Shown here: positions 19,894 to 20,000 of the stretch, one piece after another
Layout: the number at the start of each line of letters is the position of its first letter
Numbering within the stretch: the first letter of the stretch is position 1
Virus record (IMG/VR): IMGVR_UViG_3300001680_000191
Span: 53,631 to 73,630 of that record
Source of the DNA: an uncultured virus (IMG/VR IMGVR_UViG_3300001680_000191)
Taxonomy: Duplodnaviria; Heunggongvirae; Uroviricota; Caudoviricetes
Length of the DNA: 20,000 nt
Direction: 5' to 3' (one strand)
Translations under genes and position numbers: made by a program
Notes under the pieces: generated by a model
Seen by the model: only the letters and a program-made list of their open reading frames with translations
Told to the model about the DNA's origin: nothing
Database searches by the model: none

Positions 19894-20000
19894 TGTTTGA
19901 AGTCGGAGAGTTAATAAAAAGAAAAGCAGTAAGCCCGAAAGCAAGGGCTCTGTGTCTGATTATTAGCGAGGACACTGATAACTATATGTTATATAATCTT
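19893..20000 (+). CDS. SH3-like micro-protein, truncated by window end
   Basis: TAATG overlap; MFEVGELIKRK...LCLII. Confidence 0.65.
   Translation, partial: MFEVGELIKRKAVSPKARALCLIISEDTDNYMLYNL

Overview
Bacteriophage DNA, probably from a large or jumbo phage, with the layout of an early or accessory gene region. The host cannot be assigned from this window. Every credible gene is on the + strand. (1) About 40 of the roughly 70 ORFs belong to one family of mostly 50-95 aa micro-proteins with the pattern M-K-[VI]-G-D-L-V ... G-[IL]-V ... V-x-W-x-D-G ... L-E-V-I (SH3/KOW-like barrel inferred). Many are below the ORF-track cut-off and were translated by hand. They sit head-to-tail in arrays joined by a ~30-bp dual-coding junction, (G)GAGGT(G/T)ATCA(G/A)TGAAAGTCGGTGAT(C/T)TGGT. 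This junction is at once the upstream C-terminus, the Shine-Dalgarno, the downstream start and a stop in both alternative frames. (2) There are 21 sigma70-type promoters. In 18 of them two extra (T/C)TGAC-like boxes lie exactly 11 bp apart at a fixed helical phase upstream of the -35. (3) Four tRNAs: Leu-TAA, Lys-TTT, CAT (probably Ile2) and Arg-TCT. (4) A MoxR-type AAA+ ATPase, a HEXXH/VWA partner, a SWIM zinc-finger protein and a double CCHC zinc-knuckle protein. The best candidate for an undescribed system is a shufflable library of small-barrel proteins organised at two levels, junction repeats and promoter modules. No recombinase or reverse transcriptase is present in the window, so any mechanism is inference.
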